Shown piece by piece: positions 58,588-64,000 of a stretch of 64,000 nucleotides of DNA. The stretch is taken from the NCBI RefSeq assembly GCF_009914755.1, contig NC_060931.1. One strand, 5' to 3'. Numbering within the stretch: the first letter of the stretch is position 1; each line of letters starts with the position of its first letter. Both the position numbers and the translations under genes were made by a program. The notes under the pieces were generated by a model. That model saw only the letters and a list, made by a program, of their open reading frames with translations, was not told the DNA's origin and did no database searches. Origin of the DNA: the human T2T-CHM13v2.0 reference genome, Homo sapiens.

Positions 58588-60262
58588 TTTGGAAATTGTG
58601 TCATATAATTTGATTGGTAATTGATAATCCTAACAACTTTCGGTTCTTTTGAAATATTTTGGAATCATTCATATCCCTCACCAATAGAACTGCATTACAA
58701 TCCTACTGACTCTCTCCTATCTTAAAGGAACAGTTTTGCAATTCAAATACCTGAGAAAATCACATAAGATAACAGAAATATTAGACTACCCATCATCAGT
58801 GGGAATTGAGTTTGCCAGTTTTTAATCTTCCTTTTATCCCTTTATGCTTCTTTGCTTGAGATTTAGAAATTGAGGGCCATGATTCATAGAGAGGTAAAGA
58901 GAACAGTCATCCTAGCAGCCTCTCTCAGACTCCTGAACTCTGAGATGAGGTCATGAGATGGTCCATGAAATTGAATTCAGGCTGGCATGTGAGAGCCCAA
59001 GCCCCAAGCACGTTGAGCGATGTTTTCTGTCTGCTCTTAAAAAAGATTGTTCCCAGATACCAGCACACACCTACACACATGAACAAAGGAGGTTGCGGGA
59101 GGATGGCATAGGCATGGGATTGACACAGTCCAGCATCACCAGCCTCTTCAGCCATGGAGAAATGAAAGCTCCGGGGCCAGGGGAGCCACAGACTGCAAAG
59201 ACAACTGCTTCCCTCCCACCCCCAGAGCAGAAGGACCAGAAAAAGGTCCCAGGGCTGTTACCAAATGTGATTTTCTTTGCTGTAGGATATAGTTAGAGAA
59301 AAGCAAAGTCGATACCCACATTTGGAATAGATAAGGCACACTGTCCCAAATTTTAAATTCATTTTCTTTTTGTGAGTGAGCTATTCTTTCCAGTTACAAC
59401 AAGAACCAGAAAATGGGGCTTAACTTTTGTTTTAACATTTATGAGAATTAATACAAGGTCTCTAGTTATCTTTGATCTCACACGGTACCAGTTCCAAGTA
59501 AGCCAGAAAATGTGCAGATGTTAAAAAAAGGGGACAGCTAAATCTATCAACACACGAATGCCTTGTCAAATAACTATTTCTGCTGAAATTAGACCTGAAG
59601 ATGGTGTGCAATCTCCATGGCCATAAATTAAAATTCTTGTAAATCACACCTTATTTAGAGCCAAGAACAGGCACCAGTCAGCTCCAGCCCCAGTGATTTC
59701 TAGATCCTGAATAATAATGGCGGATGCTCCATTGGTGCATAATATCTAAGGTGTGCTCATTGAGTATTGATAGGAGGCCCTTGGGGGGTTTACAGGAGCT
59801 GGTTTCAATAAGAACTTAAAGCCAAGACGATTGTTTCAGGCCTTCCACTCACTGTTCTTTTAGTGCTTCAACTACAGTGAGGACCCTCTGAATGAGAGAA
59901 GGGAATAAACCCATCTCAAACCAAACTAAAAACAAGTAACTTTTGGGTTTGAGAGTTGAAAGTTTTTTTTGTTGTTACTGCTATTGTAAATCTGAAGTGG
60001 CGCTGCATAAACACCCGTGTGTTACCCTCTCCAGAGAGTTTGCAAATAGCACACCAGGTTCCCAGGAGACCTAAGCACCAGGGCAAGTGCGAGTAGGAAC
60101 TGTTACCCACTCCTCTCACTGTCTTGCATATCCTTGGGGATTTCTTTGACAAGAAAGATTGGCACCAAAAGGAGTTTAAAAAAACCTCCTTTGCAACGTT
60201 TGTCATATTTCAGTATCTGGTTCCCTTGGTGAGTTGGTTTGCTGAAAAAAAGGAGTGTCTTT

Positions 60263-60397
60263 TCATGGAATCACTACCTCTGTAAATTGGTTGGTACAGG
60301 ATACTTGCCTTGCTGAGACTACTTGTGGATCGATCCAGCAGAGTGCTACAAACTTGGCCTTATGAATTAGGAATTACCCCATCAGTCACATTATCAG
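60263..60397 (-). repeat. Right arm of the 135-bp inverted repeat
   Basis: Reverse complement of 58453-58587. Confidence 0.97.
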
Positions 60398-60404
60398 GCC
60401 TGGG

Positions 60405-60510
60405 GCAGGTCTCAGTTTCTTCATATGTAAACCAGGAAAAATAATTTTTACATAATATGGTTGGTGTAAAAACTAATGAGATGCTGTATGCAAAGCACTT
60501 AGCAGAATAT
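60405..60510 (+). mobile_element. MIR 3' half abutting the right inverted-repeat arm
   Basis: ctcagtttcttcatatgtaaa...taatgagatgctgtatgcaaagcacttagca matches MIR. Confidence 0.7.
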
Positions 60511-60519
60511 GTGCTCATG

Positions 60520-60577
60520 CACGTGCACACACACGCACACACACACATGCACACACGCACGCACACACGCACATACA
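60520..60577. repeat. Imperfect (CA/CG)n alternating purine-pyrimidine tract
   Basis: cacgtgcacacacacgcacacacacacatgcacacacgcacgcacacacgcacatacac. Confidence 0.9.
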
Positions 60578-61658
60578 CCCTTTTATTTTCACTCTCAGAT
60601 CTTGTCCATACACTTTCTATTCAGAAAACTCCTTTATCTATATAGCCAGCCCTTGCCTCTGACCTGTTAGTATCAAACTTCCAGCTGTTACTTATGTTCC
60701 CATTTGACTGTCCTTTAGTCACATATTTCTTCGGGCTATGAACAGTGACTTTTTAAAGCTAACCCATTATGGTGGTGATTTTAGGATTTATAGGATCATA
60801 CAACTTTAGAAATTTTTTTGAAAGATGAGGAATATGAAGTCCAGAGAATGTAGGTAAATTCCCCCATATTACAGTATTCTCAAATCTAGATTTCTGGGTT
60901 GTTGAAATTGTTTTCTACACACACAACAGAGCCCTTTGGATCAGGGAGGGCAAAGCATTGAATTTAGATCAAAAAGGGATAGTGTCTGAAGGTAAGAGAG
61001 GACTTAGTAGTGATAAGATGGTTACAAATTGTGTAACCTTGTTCAAGGAAGCTCGTTTCTTCATTTATAAAATAGTATCGACTCTTGTTACCTCATAGAA
61101 TCATGCGAGATCTAGATTCTAGACAATATGAGTGAAAATGTTAATTGCAAAATCCTGCATAAATATTAATTTTGTCTTCTATAAACACACAATAGTTATA
61201 TGTGTATATTAGGGACCTAGGTGTATATGTGTGCCTCTTAATAAATAAATTAGTTGCTAATAAAACAATATTCAACAAAACCCACTCTTTCACACATCCC
61301 TTATCTGTAATGCCGAATTTATGAACAGCTGTGGTATGCTCTCTGTGAAATGCAAGGAGCTCAGTATCTTGGAGATTAGGTCAAGAATGGGAAGAAATGC
61401 AGATGGGGATTTTGCTGCATGGAATCCAAGTCAGCCATTTGGGTGCTGAAAGTTGCTTGCCCAGAGGGAATCAAGAGACATTGCCTCTAAAGGGCTGATT
61501 CGGTGGGGGATATTACACCACTTTCTCCTTCATGGGTATTAAGATATTCTTTGAATCAGACAATTTACTGATTTACTGGGCTTAACTATTCTCTGTATGA
61601 TTTAGAAAAGTAAATATAATTCTAGTTTCTTATAATATAGGAATTTATAAAGAGAATG

Positions 61659-61830
61659 CAGGAATGGCAAATTTGTTTCAACTTGAGGGCACCTCTTCAG
61701 TTGACTGGTTAATGGCTTAGAGAACTATGCAGAGATTTTGAGACAGTCTAGATCAAGCTGGGAAAATGCCATAATTAATCTAATCCAGTCTACTACAGGG
61801 TTAGGTGGGAATAATACATGTACACAGTGG
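61659..61830. mobile_element. MER102-like hAT-Charlie remnant
   Basis: caggaatggcaaatttgtttca...tgactggttaatggct...ctgggaaaatgccataattaat resembles recalled MER102. Confidence 0.55.
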
Positions 61831-62944
61831 AAATAGCATTGAGGCCTTGGTTATAATCCTGTTGTCTCTACCATTTATCTGGGAGACCTTAAGCAAGACT
61901 GTTAATTACTCTGGGCCTCTGTTTTTCTGATCTGCAAAAATTTAGCATGGCTAGGCTTTCTTCCGTGGTCCTTTCTGCTTCTAATATCTCCTGTTTCTGA
62001 GAAAAGACCATTTACACAATTTTATTTGTCTCAACTCAAGTACACCTTCACCAAGGAAGATGATTGCACTCAATGACGATGGAAGTGCAATTCTACTCTA
62101 CTTACCTTCTATTTAATGGAATCTTGTGAGATCTAGATTCTCAAGAATTGTATGAAAATACTTTATAAACTGCAAATGCTGCATATATATTAAGCTACAA
62201 ATAGTGGCTTCAGCTCCATCAGTTTTATAAGTAGAAAGCTCTGTAGAAAGTAAAAAATATGAAAGAAATTCTTTTCCTTTTAAAGAGCATTTGCAGAACA
62301 TTCTTTTTTTGGCTATAGCAAAGGAAAATAAAATTAATAATGACATTTTTAAAGGATGAAAGCTGAATGTGTTTGACTTGGAACTTTTTATCATCCTTCT
62401 ATGATTTTCAGAAAGAGAGACAGAATTGTTAAGTTTTCTTTCTCCATTAAGAAAAATGAATTAACATGCTTGTTTGTTTCTTTTTGTTTACTATAAGAAT
62501 TTGCAAAATCCTTTTTCTTTCCAGCCCCCTGAAGTCAGGCTTAACATTGGGTCAGATTTTTTTTTGGCCTTATTTTAGCAAAATCATTTTCTTTTTAAAG
62601 TTCAAAATAAATATAGAAAGAAAAAGGGTCATTCCACATGTTTCAATGTGTATTCAAATGGTACAGACTTCAGACAAGTGGAGAGTGAGATCTCCTGAAG
62701 TTGTCTGGAGGGAGTTCAGCAAAAGCCCTCGCAGACTACAGCCTTCTGTCTACTGTATTCCTGCTTCGGAATTTACGGTTTTATTTTCTTGCATATCGTT
62801 ATGTTATTTAAAGGGCCAAGAGACTGGATGGCTAGTGGACATTTTAATTAAGGCAAGGGGAGGGGATTAGTGAATCTAGCTCATGCTTGCTACTGGCTTT
62901 TGAGAAAAAAGACCCATTTATGAGCTCTCCGACTCTGTTTTCAG

Positions 62945-63066
62945 ATCAAACTCCGACCCCAACGAGATTCCTGAAGAACTGCGAGGAGGTGGGCCTCTTC
63001 AGCGAGCTGGACTGCTCCCTGGAGCACGAGTTCAGGAAGGCTCAGGAAGAGGAGAGCAGCAAGCGG
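62945..63066 (+). CDS. CREB5: CREB5 coding exon 4, 122 nt, phase 1-0: (D)QTPTPTRFLKNCEEVGLFSELDCSLEHEFRKAQEEESSKR
   Basis: The ctgttttcAG acceptor ends at 62944, and the donor is CGG|GTAGGT at 63067. G|AT completes the Asp codon. DQTPTPTRFLKNCEEVGLF is the ATF2/ATF7/CREB5 transactivation signature. Confidence 0.97.
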
Positions 63067-64000
63067 GTAGGTTTGCTTGGATGGCCGCCTTGAGAGGTGT
63101 CCTGCTAGAAACTTCCACGAGGAAACTAGGTGGCACTGCACTGCAGATTGTGTTGATGTGGCCTTGAAGTATTTTAGCCATTTGTGAGTATTTGTCTAAT
63201 TTTTTTTAAAAGATTACTCCTTGATTATGGCAGAATTCAAAGCTAGATAAATCAAAAATTTAGTCAAACTTACAGATTTTTTCTATTCTCAATCAGCTGT
63301 TTTACTTTGCTAAGTATTTAATAGCAAACCTTTTGTGAGCAGTGAGTGCAGAAGAATAGAGCCAATGGGTGAGAGAACAGGCGAGTAATCTTCATGGTAG
63401 AAGAGGGGATTTCATCAGACTTTGGCCCATGTTGTAACTGTCTGTTTTCGATAATCTTTCCAGTCATTCTGCACCAAATTCATAATTATTTCCTGGTCAT
63501 ATTACCTTGTTCTAGTATTGAACATCTGTTGTTGCTGAGACAAATAAGTTGAGTACAACTGTGAATCATTTGTTCTTAAAAATGTAGGAAAATCACTTTG
63601 TGAAACCCTTAAGAATATATTCGGTGTTTATGGGAATGTGCTGAAATTTAAAATCACTTTACAAGAATAATGAAAGGAGATGGTGGTCACAAGTCAATGT
63701 GATGAGGATGCTTTTTGGTATTTTGTTCATTGTTATTATACAGCATTATTGAATGCCCACATTGTATTAAGAAACAAATTAGATACAGTCTGTGAACAGA
63801 AATTCAAAATGTGAAAGGTGATTGAAAGGAAAGACCAGTTAGGTAGTAATGAATTCTGAAGTCCAGCTGTTCCATCCGGAAAAGAAATTTTAAAAGGTTC
63901 TGATATTTCTCTAAGTGTTTCAAAGCCTTTTAGTCCTTGTCTATGTGAAATTATAATAATCCCCCCTCCACCAGATTTTTCCTGTCACATTCTCATGTCA

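Noticed and set aside
58453-60397. Reading the inverted repeat as a DNA transposon with long terminal inverted repeats
   Set aside because: There is no TSD and no transposase-like ORF inside (58958-59296 has no recognisable domain). About 97% arm identity would also be unusually high for human DNA transposons, which are long inactive.

Overview
Primate (very likely human) genomic DNA, mostly intronic, from the 5' part of CREB5 (CRE-BPa, an ATF2/ATF7-family bZIP factor) on the + strand. Three short coding exons lie at 43499-43570, 50235-50328 and 62945-63066. They encode the N-terminal C2H2 zinc finger, the MAPK docking region and the TPTP phospho-sites. The first exon(s) lie upstream of the window and the bZIP exons downstream. 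The remainder is ordinary mammalian repeat landscape: Alu, L1M, MIR, L2, THE1, MLT2A, MST/MLT1, MER20, MER102 and microsatellites. Almost all ORF-track entries are spurious. The most striking unexplained structure is a 135-bp, 131/135-identical inverted duplication of apparently non-TE sequence (58453-58587 / 60263-60397) in the intron before the third visible exon. Its 1675-bp loop holds a candidate 15-nt frame-preserving microexon next to the right arm. Other leads are a short upstream ORF whose stop overlaps the internal CREB5 start codon (AUGA), sense-oriented LTRs with DUX4-type motifs, a stop-free 288-nt possible exon circle, and a templated-looking insertion inside an Alu. I see no evidence of a wholly new multi-gene system. 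Repeat subfamily names come from recall of consensus sequences, not from a search, and their boundaries are approximate unless a TSD is cited.
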